Assembly: GCF_000002075.1 (NCBI RefSeq)
Contig: NW_004797297.1
Coordinates: forward strand, 243,753 to 307,739
Length of the DNA stretch: 63,987 nt
Source: Aplysia californica
Taxonomy: Eukaryota
Direction: 5' to 3'
A model generated the notes under the pieces. That model saw only the letters and a list, made by a program, of their open reading frames with translations, did not search any database and was not told the origin of the DNA. Below, piece by piece: positions 14,101-25,073 of this stretch (its first letter is position 1; every line of letters starts with the position of its first letter). The position numbers were made by a program, and so were the translations under genes.

Positions 14101-17100
14101 TATAAAAACAGCCTGTGTGCCGTAAGATCAACAGAAGAATTATCGGACTGGTTCCCCATCAGGTCTGGGGTGAGACAAGGGTGTGTTCTCTCTCTGCTTC
14201 TCTTCATCACTTAATTAGGTAGAGTAAGCACGGCCTCTCAGGCTCTCGCGGCCTTCCGACCGCGTGGTATCGGTAAAATCGGGGTAATTCCGATCGCTGT
14301 TTCTTTGCTCTTTCGCTATAAAACTCCAAATGCCGTACACCTTGTAAAAGTTCAGCTTTTCCTCGTTACAATGGTGTAAGTTGTTTATATGTCTGATTAT
14401 CAGGAGCTGGAGAATCGCAGACGAAAAGGAAGCCCCTGGCGGTTGGAATGCGTGGTCGGCCGTTTCAAACATTGACACGCATGCATTCAAATGCTTCGCG
14501 GAACTAGGGATGATTAAATACCGTCTTTTCATTGGCGGAGAACTGTAGAGCTTTAAACGGGCTTTCCCGTGGTATATAAAAGGCCTTTGGCGTTTAAATA
14601 GAAAGCTTTTAAAAATACAGTCAAAATGTTTAAAGATCACTTTTTACACAAGATATGTAAATACCGGCTTAAAAAAGGTATCAATTAAAAGATCAGTTTG
14701 TTTCCTATTAGAAAAAAGTAATCAGCTTGGAATTATTTTTCATCAATCCTTCCGCGAGACCCGGAAAGCATGTGACCTCGCACGCGGGGTAAACAACAGC
14801 ATAGTGACGACTCGCTCTCCGCGGGGGCCGGTGCGGCACTGGCCGGGTCAGCACTCAGTGTTTTTGTTGAAATAACGACAGATCATCGTGTTTGAGGCGA
14901 TAAAATACTGATTTGTGAAGATCTCACAGTCTTGAAAAAAATTTAGGCTCCATATATTTGTTATAGGGATTGTACTCTGTTAATGTGGAGATATTTAATG
15001 CACTTGGTACTCTTTTAATATCTGTCAAACATGGGGTTGACTTTAACAAATTTGATCAAATTTTAAACAACTACCACTTTCTTAAAAATTGACTGAGAGG
15101 TTAAAGAATGGTACCAAAATGCTCACTGGATATAGGCTTTTCAAATGGAACAGATAAATTTGGCATACAGCTGCTTTGAAAATTTCTGGTACCTACTTAC
15201 ATGGATAAGATCACAGCATCTTCATACCAACATTCACCAGTGCTGAACATGGTCTCTAAACAAGGCATATGAAAGAAAAACCAATGCATGCGAAATGGGG
15301 TGTCTCCGCAGAACCATCAACGTCACGTGAAGAGACGGGATAAGAAACAAAAGCATCCGGAATACCACCAGTAATAAAATTCACAGAGCGTCAAAGAGTC
15401 AAATGGTTTGGACATCTAACCAGAATGCCCAGAAACAATTAGTGGCTAGAGCTTACAACACCCGAGAATCCGGCTTCAAATCAAGAGGAAGACCAAGAAA
15501 GACCTAGCTGGATGGGGTTTAAAAGGTCCTGGAACAACATAACATATCTATCGCAGACGCTACACACCTAGCACAGGACCGAAACTTGCACCTCCCCTCG
15601 ACATCCTTAAGATATCTGAGGAAGGAAAATAGTAAAGTAAGAATTGTGTGGGGACTGTTGCAAAAGTTTTATAAATAATCCTTTTTTTTTTCTCCCATTG
15701 CTTTTTTTACCTCTTGTTCTATGCATTGCATTTTTTTAGATTAAAAAAGTGGAATCAGTTATGTGAAAAATTTGTTTGGGTAGTACATCTTTTATCTGAA
15801 AATCTTCCAGATGTCTATAGATGAGACATGGTTGGTTGGCAGGCTCTCTGGTGTAGTGTGCTCCTTCTTTCCTATAAAACACCAATCTTACTTTATCTCT
15901 CCTCCTTCTTTTCTTTCTATCTTACTTTCCAGTTGTTGTTGTTGTTATCGATCCAGCAACATCTGGGCTCTCGCCCTTCTGTCCAATGCCATGTAGTGAT
16001 AAGTGCAGGTTTGCTGCAGTTGCTGTAATGTTCCGTAGAGTGTGTTGTCGAAGTTAGGTCTCGGAGGGAGAAGGGTAGCTCTGATGTCATTTAGGGCTGT
16101 ACAGTGGAAAAGGTGATGTTCCACTGTCTCATATGCATAGTCACACAAAGGACACATTGGGGGAAGTTCTGGGTCTTACTTTCCAGTAACATCTCTAATC
16201 TTGAGCTTTTGTAATATAAATTTATATGACCTAATTGTGTTGCAAGTGTCCTAAACTTTTCCTAAAACTAAACTATACAAATGAGACTATTCTGTTTTAC
16301 TATTGTTTTATTTTTTTCAGATTTGTGGCTTCGGGAGGAAAAGTCCAGGAAAGAACAGTGAAGTCTCTTAAAGAGGTGTGTCAGGTTATGTGTTAAGACA
16401 GGCACACGGGCACACGTGTCCAAGTTGCAGGCTGGATTGAACAATTCCGAATATCTTAATGTAACAACAGCTGCAGTTTTTCCTGTTGCTTTTACCGCTT
16501 TATATCAGAGTAACATGATTGCTTGTAATCCCTACTGTTATCAGACTTTGAATTGAAAAAGCACTTTGACACATGTACTGAAAGTATAACCTCATTTTGG
16601 GCTCGGAACATATTTGGTTTGCGCTAGGGGTATGTACTAGTTTGCCTAGAATCGACCTAATTTTGTATTGTGACCTAGTTTGTGATGACAAAGTTTTCAG
16701 CTTATCTCCATGCCCAGAATAAAACCTAGGGATAATGATTAATGATGTGGCAGCCTGACTTGTAACTCGGCATGATCTGCCAGTTTTTATCCTGCCTTTT
16801 ATTCATGACTTGGCTGCCCACTTAATGAACTTTGACAAGTGCTATTTTCTTCTTTTTGATGTTGCATCGCAGTCTATGACGTCAAAAGTTATAGTTTACG
16901 AATGTAGGCTACTTGTTTTGTTTTATTGATTTGTCTCAGCTTTGTTGCTTGACTCATTGTTAGACTATCAAACAAAACAAAATTGTGTCTTTGGTGTAGC
17001 TGTTATTGTTAACCCCTTCTCTGTCCCTTGAGCGGAACATTTATATTGAGCATCTTAATCGTTCCACTGTGATGTTGCGTCCCTCTCAGCCTGGGTTGGC

Positions 17101-18032
17101 TCTGAAAGGGCAGGCTGGAAGCCCATCTCCTCAGATATATCTAAATTGTGTCAATGGGGTTGTAAAAAACACTCGCATTTAAACTATAATAAAATAGAAA
17201 AAGACACTAAAGGTCTGCTCTTTTTTGGTGCAATTTGTACTATAATTTTTTGGAGGGTCGCGTCTCCTATCTTTATAACTCTAGTTATGAAGCATGTGGA
17301 GGTATGACAGCTGATTGAAGTGTCTTTAGGCCATTCCCAAAGGGGGGACATTTCTCGTTCAAACATAGTTGTAAATGGGCTGAATCATGTCACGCTCATA
17401 ACTGTGCCTGATCTACAACAGGGAACTGCTGCTTTTTCTATCCTGATCCTTACTATTGTCATTTTCCTCTACTTCTTTTGTATGTTTGTCACTCTCTTGT
17501 GACCTGCTATTTTGGGGTGCCTTGATAGTCGAAGCAGACCTTGTGCTGTTGAAGCTAGAGAGGTGAGCAGTCTAAGTCTGATTCCCTGTAAAGACTTCTC
17601 TGTTGACACCCACCCCTTGGCGCTCATATGACCTTATGCAGTTGCGAGCGCCGTAAAACCCTCTACTATTTTTTTTTTTTTAAGAAAAAAAAAAGAATTT
17701 TGTCTTTTAGTCTTGCTTTTTCATTTGCATAAATCTCTCTATGTCTTTCAGCTGAGCAGCTCTTTTGACATTGTGGTCAACTGCTGTGGCCCAAGAGCTC
17801 AAGAGCTTCTTGATGACAAGTCGTGTTTCCCTATCAAGGGTCATATTGTCATGGTCAGTGTTCCCTCAGTGTGCTCGTTCATTTTTTATACTCATTTGTT
17901 GTCATTTTTATATTAATTCCATAGTGAAACACAAATTCTTGTACTTCTTTTCACTATTGCTATTATCCCAAGCTGGTCCTCTACAAAATGGACTGGGTTG
18001 AAGCAGCTAGCCTCTTTTATGATTCACATTTT

Positions 18033-18063
<31 letters not shown>

Positions 18064-21000
18064 GGGGTTGAACATTTACCTTCAATCGTGACCAAATATG
18101 ACTGTTATTATGCTGGCTCTGCATAAAATGCAGTTCATCAACCTCAGAGCGTAAGCTTCAAATTTATTTTAAAGCTACGCTTTTTATTTTCTCTCTCATG
18201 GATAAGTCTTCAGCTCTACTCCTTTGCAGCAGAGATACCACCACTGAACACTCCCTTGATTTTTGTGGGATGCCTCGTTGCGTATTATTGCATAAGTGAC
18301 AGTAGCTGTTTTGTTTCTGTGAAAGTTTTTTTTAAAGTAATGAATACAATGTATGTGAAGATTTTGTGTCTTTTTACTTTCTCAAGGTGCGGGCTCCATG
18401 GCAGAAGCAGTTCTTCTATGGTGAAGGTGATATCTATTTGATTCCTCAGTGAGTATGTTGTCAAATTCTGATGTACATAAAGCATTATAATGAATATATA
18501 ATACAGTCAAACCAGCTCTAACGGCCACCTGTCCAAGACAGTCAGCTGTACAAACAACCACTTCCCACTTCCCCCTTGTGTTTTTAAAAATGATTATATA
18601 TTTAATTTTTTTTTGTTTAATTGTAATGACAATGTCCATTCAAGATATCCACCTTTCTAAGCCAACCACTTTTCTCCCCGACATTGGATGGCTGTCTTAG
18701 ACTGTCTTGACTGTATCCACCAGGACATTGCACTGTAAAGAATGATCTTATTGCCCAAATTTGAAAACAAGAATTCGTTTCAACATTTAGAGCACATTGA
18801 CATTGTCTGTAACCATAATATTGTAAGAGCCAGACAGATGGGTTTCAAATCTGGCTAGTGCCTACAAAGTCTCTTTGCTTTGTTTCTCTTGTGAAGTTTT
18901 TTTTTTAATCCCCGAGCTTTCAAAGTGTGAGTAATCAAAGGCAAATCTAGTGTCTTAGCATCATTTAACTTTAGCACCACCCTACATCTACGTGTTATCT
19001 ACAGAATTTAGACCGAAAAGATGTGCACTGCATCGGAAATGTAAAGTCTACAGGATTTTGTTTATGTCGAATTGCATGAGGTTTTATTCCTACCAATTGG
19101 TTAAACGATTACACAGTACAGTAGATGGATAGCCATCATAGAGGGTGCCACTGGATGATCGAACTTGTTTTTGATTCCTCTGTTATTTCTGTATGTGTTT
19201 ATAGCTTTTTGTTTTATTAAAATTATCATATCCTTTTGATGTGCTTCTCTTCAACACTAACAAACAAGCTAATGAACAAGCAAACAGGATTCAATTTGTC
19301 ACAGTGGTTTTCCTTGTTGATGTGTTAAAGTCGACCTATAGTGTACATTCTGTTTTGAAACATGGAAAAAGTTTTGTCTTCTGAGCAAGTTTTTAAACAA
19401 AAAGAGTTAAGTTATAAATGAACAAAATTTCAGTTGTTTTTTTCTTGAAGGGATACTTCTTAGAGTGAGACCCTCATTTGAGTACAGCAGATTCACTTTG
19501 CTTCAAGTCCAAATGCTCGACTAGCCCTGTGGCATAATTTCGATTGGACGTTAGAATTCATTCTACCTGATTTGTACTCAATAAAGTATTGCTGACAGTG
19601 AAGGAAAATCCAGTGGCCAGGTTTTGAGCTATTGAAAACGGAAAAGTTTAGATTTAAATGAAGATGTTGTTTCAATGGCATATTGATACTTTTGAGGTCT
19701 TTTCCTCACTCATAGTATTATCTGATGTCTTTAATAATATCAGAATGTGGGGAAGTTTATGATTTAAGTATTGTGAAACGAATTCGCCAAAATATTTACC
19801 CAAGTTGCTTTCATCAACTTTGACAATTTTGTTTTTCTCCACAAAGAGACTACAATGGCTTCTTTGGGACTGCTTCTGTTAAATCTCAAAAAGGGACTTT
19901 AGTTTTAAAATGACAAATGTCATTTATTTTTACCAGTAATGCATGTAGTGATCTCTACCTACAAGTATTGATTTTCCAGTCTCAACAAAGTAGAAAAAGT
20001 AGTTTCACAGTCAGTAAGGAACAAAGTCATACAGCACTGGTTGCACACCTGAAAACAAGGTTACGGTAAGAAAAGTAGAAGTAGGCATTTATTCATTTTC
20101 TCAAATTTTTTTTTCATTTTAAGTCCAAAGAATTTTCCATTTTCTAGTGGCAGTCATCCCCTTAAAGAAATATTTCAGGTTATCCCCTTTGGTTTTCAAA
20201 GACAAAAGATAATTAATGATAATGCAAGTCTCATTTTTCTGTCCATCGAATTCCAAGTGATGACAAGTTGATTATTGGAGGTATAAAAGACAAAGACAAT
20301 GGCAGCATGACCAAGTACCCGTATGTGAGAGAGCATATCCTGTCTCGTGCCTTGGCGCTGTTTCCTCAGCTGAAGGTGAGCTGATGTTGTGATGCAAGTG
20401 TTACTGTTTATTGAGAAAAAACTTTGTCTAGTGGGATTATTTTGGTTTTGAAAATTGTGTAACTCATTCAGTGTCTTGTGCAAATATTTTAGTTTGTGGT
20501 AACTTAAGATTAAAGTGTATGTCGTGTTGGATTGTTACCATTTCAAATATTTAAACTATCTACTCAGAATAAAGGGTGTGGTGGCGGAGCGGTTAGTGCG
20601 ATCGTCTCCAAAGCGGACTGTCCGAGTTTGAGCCCCGGTTGGGACACAGATTTTTCTTGCCCCATCCTGCCCACCCAGCAGTAATGGGTACCTGACTTTG
20701 AGTTGGGGAAGTAAAGGCAGCGTGGAAAGGGACTGGCCACCCTACCACAATATGCCGAAGGCCCAGGAAGTTGTCTCACAAACAAGGCAATCCCCAATGT
20801 CCGGATCGGATGCGGGAACAACTTTACTTTTTTACTCGGAATTCTGGGATGTTACTAGAATGGGATTGAGATTCTTTGACTGTAAGCAAATGTTCTTGTC
20901 TTTTTTTTTCATGACAACTGTTGCGTCAGTTTCACCTCAAAATCTTAATTCATACCCCATATAATTTCTACTGACACATTTTACAAAGACCAAACTTTCT

Positions 21001-22495
21001 GATGTTAAAAATTTTGTCTCACAAAATATGTTCAAGTTGGAGTCGTCAAGATCATTAAAAATCAAAGAGGACGACATCTTTGTAGCGTTGATAGACATGA
21101 GAGGAACCATGGTACGGTACATAAGGTAATTATTCAAATTTTTATAGTAGTTCTAGACAGTTTTTATTTGCATGCTCTGCCTGAGGCTATATGGCTGTGC
21201 TGACATCTTGCCTGTACTGAGCCCATAGTTTTCCCATGTGTACCCTTTTATTTTTGGATCCGATCTTCTTATGTCCACTGTGTGAGCAGCTCATTTTTAG
21301 GTAGGCTCAGATTGGTCTTGACAGACCCCAGCCTGCCATCGTAACAAAGGTCGGACTGGACTGGAATTGAAATGCTCATCTTGGATCTGTCTGGTCCAGA
21401 TATTGTCCCAGACAACCATTATACCCTTTCAGTAGCACCCCCCTCGTGGGTTAATCCTTAGTAAGCTGCAAGCCATATTTGGAGCATCACACTGTTATCA
21501 CAGAGCTCAAATAAATATGGTTTCTGAAGGGTTGAAATTTGGCAAAAACTAAATTTCTGGGATTTCCCACATGCCAGTGTTGAGCCCTTGTCCAGCCCAA
21601 ACATGACTCAGGTTCTTGTGGCATGTCCACATCTCCCTCAGAGTGGGAGTAAATAGCATGAATTTTGCTATGTATAAGACTTGCAGCTTTCACACTTTCC
21701 ATAGCTCTAGCCCTAGCCTTTAAGCTTTATGAATTTCTGTGTAGTCCCATTCATTCAGTTCTTCCTGTCAAAACTTGCTTTTCAATTCTGTGTCCTCGCG
21801 TTTCCCTCTCAGGGTGCTCCGATAATCAGTGAGTGGGTAGGTCTGAGGCCTGGTCGAGATGGTGTGAGACTGGAGTTGGAACTGGTAGATGGAGAGCAGG
21901 GGAGGAAACTACCCGTAAGTCATCCGTGTAGTTTTTTTTCATGTCCCTTTACACAGTAGTTCTCTTCTCAGTCTGGTTTTTCAGTGATTTAAAGCCACTT
22001 GTATTGCTCTATCACTATTATTTTTATTAATTTAGTCTTTGCATCTTATGAGTTTCGAAGAGTTTCAGTGGGTTTTTAGAAGATGTAGAAGAGAGAAAAA
22101 GGAAAATCTTTTCATTTCAATATGCCATTAAATAATAAAAGAAAAGCTGAAGAAACGGAAATTTAAGACACCTTTATAGATTCATGTAGAGAGATCTGTT
22201 AACTGTTACTTTCTATACCATTTTTATTGTAACTCTATAATGTTTTAAAACAATGGATTTTGACAGTACTCACTTGCTGCAGGGCGAGGGTCATAATTCT
22301 ATAAACGTTACAATACAAGAAGGAAAGAGAGAGCTGTTCCAGCACCTCCGTATAACGGAATTTGTGGCCTCTCCACAGGTGGTGCACAACTACGGCCACG
22401 GAGGTCACGGGATTACTCTGGGTTGGGGCTGTGCCCTACACGCTACACGCCTCGTCAAGGAGGCTTTGACGGGTGTCACCACAGCACGCCTCTGA
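4975..22495 (+). CDS. DDO: D-aspartate oxidase-like / D-amino-acid oxidase family flavoenzyme, whole gene span (10 coding exons, 1023 nt, 340 aa, peroxisomal)
   Basis: Exons 4975-5171, 10682-10793, 11164-11255, 13407-13472, 16321-16375, 17752-17853, 18387-18448, 20258-20375, 21813-21914 and 22379-22495 join through GT-AG introns with matching phases into one open frame. Motifs: N-terminal Rossmann [16 protein letters not shown], catalytic GLRPGR, DAO signature [22 protein letters not shown]1 ARL-stop. The short active-site lid resembles DDO more than DAO; the DDO vs DAO assignment is inference. Confidence 0.9.
6763..6915. mobile_element. Tc1/mariner MITE family 2 copy (degenerate)
   Basis: TA-cagtcg...caactg-TA; similar to 54044-54228. 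Confidence 0.55.
7153..7754. mobile_element. Tc1-like non-autonomous element
   Basis: Imperfect TIRs of about 30 bp: agtgcggtctgaaatttgtggcgcaacttat / ataagttgtcccacaaatttttgactacact. Confidence 0.55.
9578..9755. mobile_element. Tc1/mariner MITE family 1, copy 2
   Basis: TA-cagtataa...ttatactg-TA; internal homology to 2114-2296. Confidence 0.75.
10470..10606 (+). mobile_element. SINE-like family A copy (internally deleted)
   Basis: 10-bp TSD tgtgtcacac (10460-10469, 10607-10616). Confidence 0.8.
10682..10793 (+). CDS. DDO: DDO-like coding exon 2 ([10 protein letters not shown]...YRTPQ)
   Basis: tttcag| acceptor, CAG|gtgaga donor, phase matches exon 1. Confidence 0.88.
11164..11255 (+). CDS. 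DDO: DDO-like coding exon 3 ([17 protein letters not shown]...DTY)
   Basis: tttcctctggcag| acceptor, AC|gtaaga donor; open in the required frame; not shown in the ORF track. Confidence 0.85.
13176..13360 (+). mobile_element. SINE-like family A copy
   Basis: 10-bp TSD attcatgtgt (13166-13175, 13361-13370). Confidence 0.85.
13407..13472 (+). CDS. DDO: DDO-like coding exon 4 ([21 protein letters not shown])
   Basis: ttcacag| acceptor, AA|gtaagt donor; matches the family FTT...YLxWL segment. Confidence 0.9.
13840..15641 (+). mobile_element. Decayed RTE-clade LINE (RT fragments), split by an inserted element and internally deleted
   Basis: Conceptual translation gives [44 protein letters not shown], then [11 protein letters not shown] and RGRPRKT, with stops and frameshifts; flanking repeat aattgtgtg. 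Confidence 0.88.
14214..15197. mobile_element. Putative non-autonomous DNA transposon inserted in the RTE LINE
   Basis: Interrupts RT codons ATC ACT TA^C ATG precisely with a duplicated TA; short imperfect TIRs attaggta / tacctact. Confidence 0.65.
15828..16272 (+). mobile_element. SINE-like family A copy interrupted by a LINE fragment
   Basis: 5' half 15828-15933 and 3' half 16174-16272 both match family A. Confidence 0.8.
15934..16173 (-). mobile_element. 5'-truncated non-LTR retrotransposon 3' end
   Basis: Encodes [18 protein letters not shown] (CCHC zinc knuckle of a LINE ORF2 C-terminus), then a stop and an (ACA)n tail; 14-bp TSD tcttactttccagt (15920-15933, 16174-16187). Confidence 0.88.
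16321..16375 (+). CDS. DDO: DDO-like coding exon 5 ([18 protein letters not shown])
   Basis: tttttttcag| acceptor, GAG|gtgtgt donor; matches the family GG...R.V.SL.E segment. Confidence 0.88.
17316..17668 (+). mobile_element. Retroposon family B copy 2
   Basis: About 350 bp alignable with 1239-1600; tail ggcgctc-atatgaccttatgcagttgc-gagcgcc-gtaaaac. Confidence 0.75.
17752..17853 (+). CDS. DDO: DDO-like coding exon 6 ([20 protein letters not shown]...PIKGHIVM)
   Basis: ctttcag| acceptor, ATG|gtcagt donor; DIVVNC.G motif. Confidence 0.92.
18387..18448 (+). CDS. DDO: DDO-like coding exon 7 ([20 protein letters not shown])
   Basis: ttctcaag| acceptor, CA|gtgagt donor; V.APW and Y.IP motifs. 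Confidence 0.9.
18504..18713. mobile_element. Tc1/mariner MITE family 2
   Basis: TA-cagtcaa...ttgactg-TA; related copies at 6763-6915 and 54044-54228. Confidence 0.7.
20258..20375 (+). CDS. DDO: DDO-like coding exon 8 ([12 protein letters not shown]...[13 protein letters not shown])
   Basis: ttccaag| acceptor, AAG|gtgagc donor; phases match both neighbours; GG and IL.R...L.P.L motifs. Confidence 0.88.
20571..20832 (+). mobile_element. tRNA-derived SINE (third type)
   Basis: A-box gtggcggagcgg, degenerate B-box gagtttgagccc, core cacccagcagtaatgggtacctgac, (ACTTT) tail; near-TSD tactcagaat/tactcggaat. Confidence 0.8.
21813..21914 (+). CDS. DDO: DDO-like coding exon 9 ([23 protein letters not shown]...KLP)
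   Basis: ccctctcag| acceptor, CCC|gtaagt donor; GLRPxR with the carboxylate-binding Arg. Confidence 0.93.
22379..22495 (+). CDS. DDO: DDO-like last coding exon ([11 protein letters not shown]...TTARL*)
   Basis: ctccacag| acceptor; DAO family signature; PTS1 tripeptide ARL then TGA. Confidence 0.94.
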   Translation: MVHNYGHGGHGITLGWGCALHATRLVKEALTGVTTARL

Positions 22496-23954
22496 CGTGT
22501 AAGCAGGTCAAAGATCACTGGCTGCATGCCCTTGATCCAGAGTAATGGAGGACTTAAATCCACCTTGGCAATTTTGAAACTGGAAGCGTGTATAAGTGAA
22601 GTGGAATTTGTGAGTGAATAACTGTGTGAACGGGAAGTTGAAAGTCATGTAAGATTTTTACAGACCTACTGTTTGTGTTCAACTGTTACATTTACCATAT
22701 TGGTAGACAGCGGAAACCAATTTTTTTACCTTGTTTGTTATGACGTTATGGTTTTTGACATAGCATGTTTATACTGAGTGAATGTATGTCTGTGCCTGTA
22801 ACACGCTCGCACACACGCGTACACGCACGCATGCGTACACGCACGCATGCGTACANNNNNNNNNNNNNNNNNNNNNNNNNNNNNNNNNNNNNNNNNNNNN
22901 NNNNNNNNNNNNNNNNNNNNNNNNNNNNNNNNNNNNNNNNNNNNNNNNNNNNNNNNNNNNNNNNNNNNNNNNNNNNNNNNNNNNNNNNNNNNNNNNNNNN
23001 NNNNNNNNNNNNNNNNNNNNNNCAAATACATGCTGACCACCCACCGAACCCGATCTGACCCAGCAGGAGCCCACATATATAATGCACGTGTCTGGAAGGC
23101 GTGCCGTGGTGTCTGTGACACAGGGGCTCTCATTGATCACCAAAAAAATGACTGACTACTCAGATTAAAAAATTTGTGAAATATAACACGTGTGCCATTT
23201 GGGAAAGAGAGAGGGAAATAGGGAAATGTTATCGCCCTGTCCCTCCACCCACCCATCCAACCCGTAAGCCCTAGTTGAGTTAAGCGTGAAATTTTCTAAT
23301 TTTTTGTAATTGAAAAGTACACATTAGTTAGGCTGTTTGAAAGACAAGCTAATTTTGAGGGGATGTTTTGGAAATTTTGCTTTTGTTTTATTAAATTTCT
23401 ATGATGAAAACTATATATATGTAGATTTCGTTGAGTATTTAGAAGTGTTTATAGATTTTTACTGATTTTTTTAAGCATCGTGTTTGCTCATAGCCTTAAT
23501 GATGGAGTTGTGCCTTAGCAGTAGTTTTTGTTGTTGTTGTTTTTTTCTGGCTAAGATTTTCAATATCTAGAGAAGATGCCAGCATGTAATAAGCAAAAGA
23601 TACTGTTTTCTATGTTTTGAGTGAGCTATTCATTTTTTGAAGTTGTCTTCAGTGTCATTATGAATAGTCATGTATTTTGAAAGTCACACTTCATGAATTT
23701 TATTTTCGTTGCATGAACATGAAGTCGCAATGCTAGTATTTTCATACAGTTTGTCCATTTCCTCCGTGATAATTTCCCCTGTAAATTTAGAAAAGCTCGG
23801 CAATTGTGTTTGCCAATGACGTTGTTAGTGTCGCTATTACTTCTAGAGTCTTGTAGGGTCTCATGCTGTCACTAGAAACTAGAAGTGTCCTTTACTTTTA
23901 CTCTAACACTACAAGATGGTAGTAGTTGGGTCTTGTTTGTTGAGTTTTGATTAA

Positions 23955-24529
23955 CCGCTTCGCTGTCAGGGTGTGTGTGTTTCTACTGTCAGCATTGATT
24001 TTCAACTAAGCTCATTAGCCGAGGCAGCAGTCTCATGTCTTAGTGGACTCGCTGTCTTTATCTAGCCCTCTTGTGACCTTTATATTCGGACCGCAGGTCT
24101 TTGATAGTCTCACTTTCCTCATTCCCTAAATTCCCGATCTTACAAATACTTTCAAAGAAAAAAAACTTGCAAATCCGAGTCAAAATGTGAAATTGGCTGC
24201 CTTTTTAAAGTTTTTCTTATGGTGTTTACTTTTTCGAGAGCATGTGTTTGTCTTCAAGGCTTAACCCAGCAGTAACCCAATACTGGCAAATTTGGTACCA
24301 ATATATGCAATTTTTTATTCTGAATTACAAATTCACACTGTCCTTGTGGCTAAATCTCTGTACAAAAGAATTAGAGACTGATGCTTAGTGTGACGTACAC
24401 ATGTAACATCTTGATTAGCAACCAAGAATTGCAAATTTTACCAACTTCTGTGACATCCATGCTACGAAAAATTGCCAAAAATTACGCATTTTCATGATGT
24501 ACCAGGTATGTCATAAGGTGTCCAAGTGG
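23955..24529. mobile_element. piggyBac-like non-autonomous element
   Basis: TTAA-ccgctt ... aagtgg-TTAA termini. Confidence 0.45.
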
Positions 24530-25067
24530 TTAAGGGAAGCCTACTCAAATAGGGCCCATTTTTGCCTGTATCAGAAAAGGACAGTGGCGTCCTTGATGAA
24601 GAAAGAAAGGAGACCACAGCGGAGCATTTAACGTAATCCACTGAGAATAAATGCTTATTAAATCTGTTGTCGCTGAAGAGATTGTTAACAGTTTATCTGT
24701 AGATACTGCAACTTGTGTACGACCAGTCTTCTTGCCTTTTTGTTTCTTGAAGAAGATTCAACAAGCAGGCGTTGGAGAGGGAATGTGCTGATAAATTTTT
24801 AAAGATTTGCCTTCTATTGAATATTTTAATTCTCAAACATAGTAGTAGGCACATTTTTATTTGTTTGTGTGCAATACTGATACATAAAATACTTATTGCT
24901 TGAAAATTGTTACGGTTACACATTGTCTGCTATTGTTTAAATTTGCTGTGATTTGTCTTTCAACTTCGTGCAGCTGATTTCAAAATATGACTCGGTTGTG
25001 TTTTTATGCTCTCTAATTAGTCTCCTTCTCTCTCATGTTCTATTTTTACACTAAAGGTTTTATGAAG

Positions 25068-25073
25068 AATAAA
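25068..25073 (+). terminator. Candidate poly(A) signal of the DDO-like gene
   Basis: AATAAA followed by a GT/T-rich tract at about 25155-25170; another AATAAA at 24646-24651. Confidence 0.35.

Noticed and set aside
14215-14640. 141-aa minus-strand ORF inside the inserted element
   Set aside because: No transposase or other recognisable motif.
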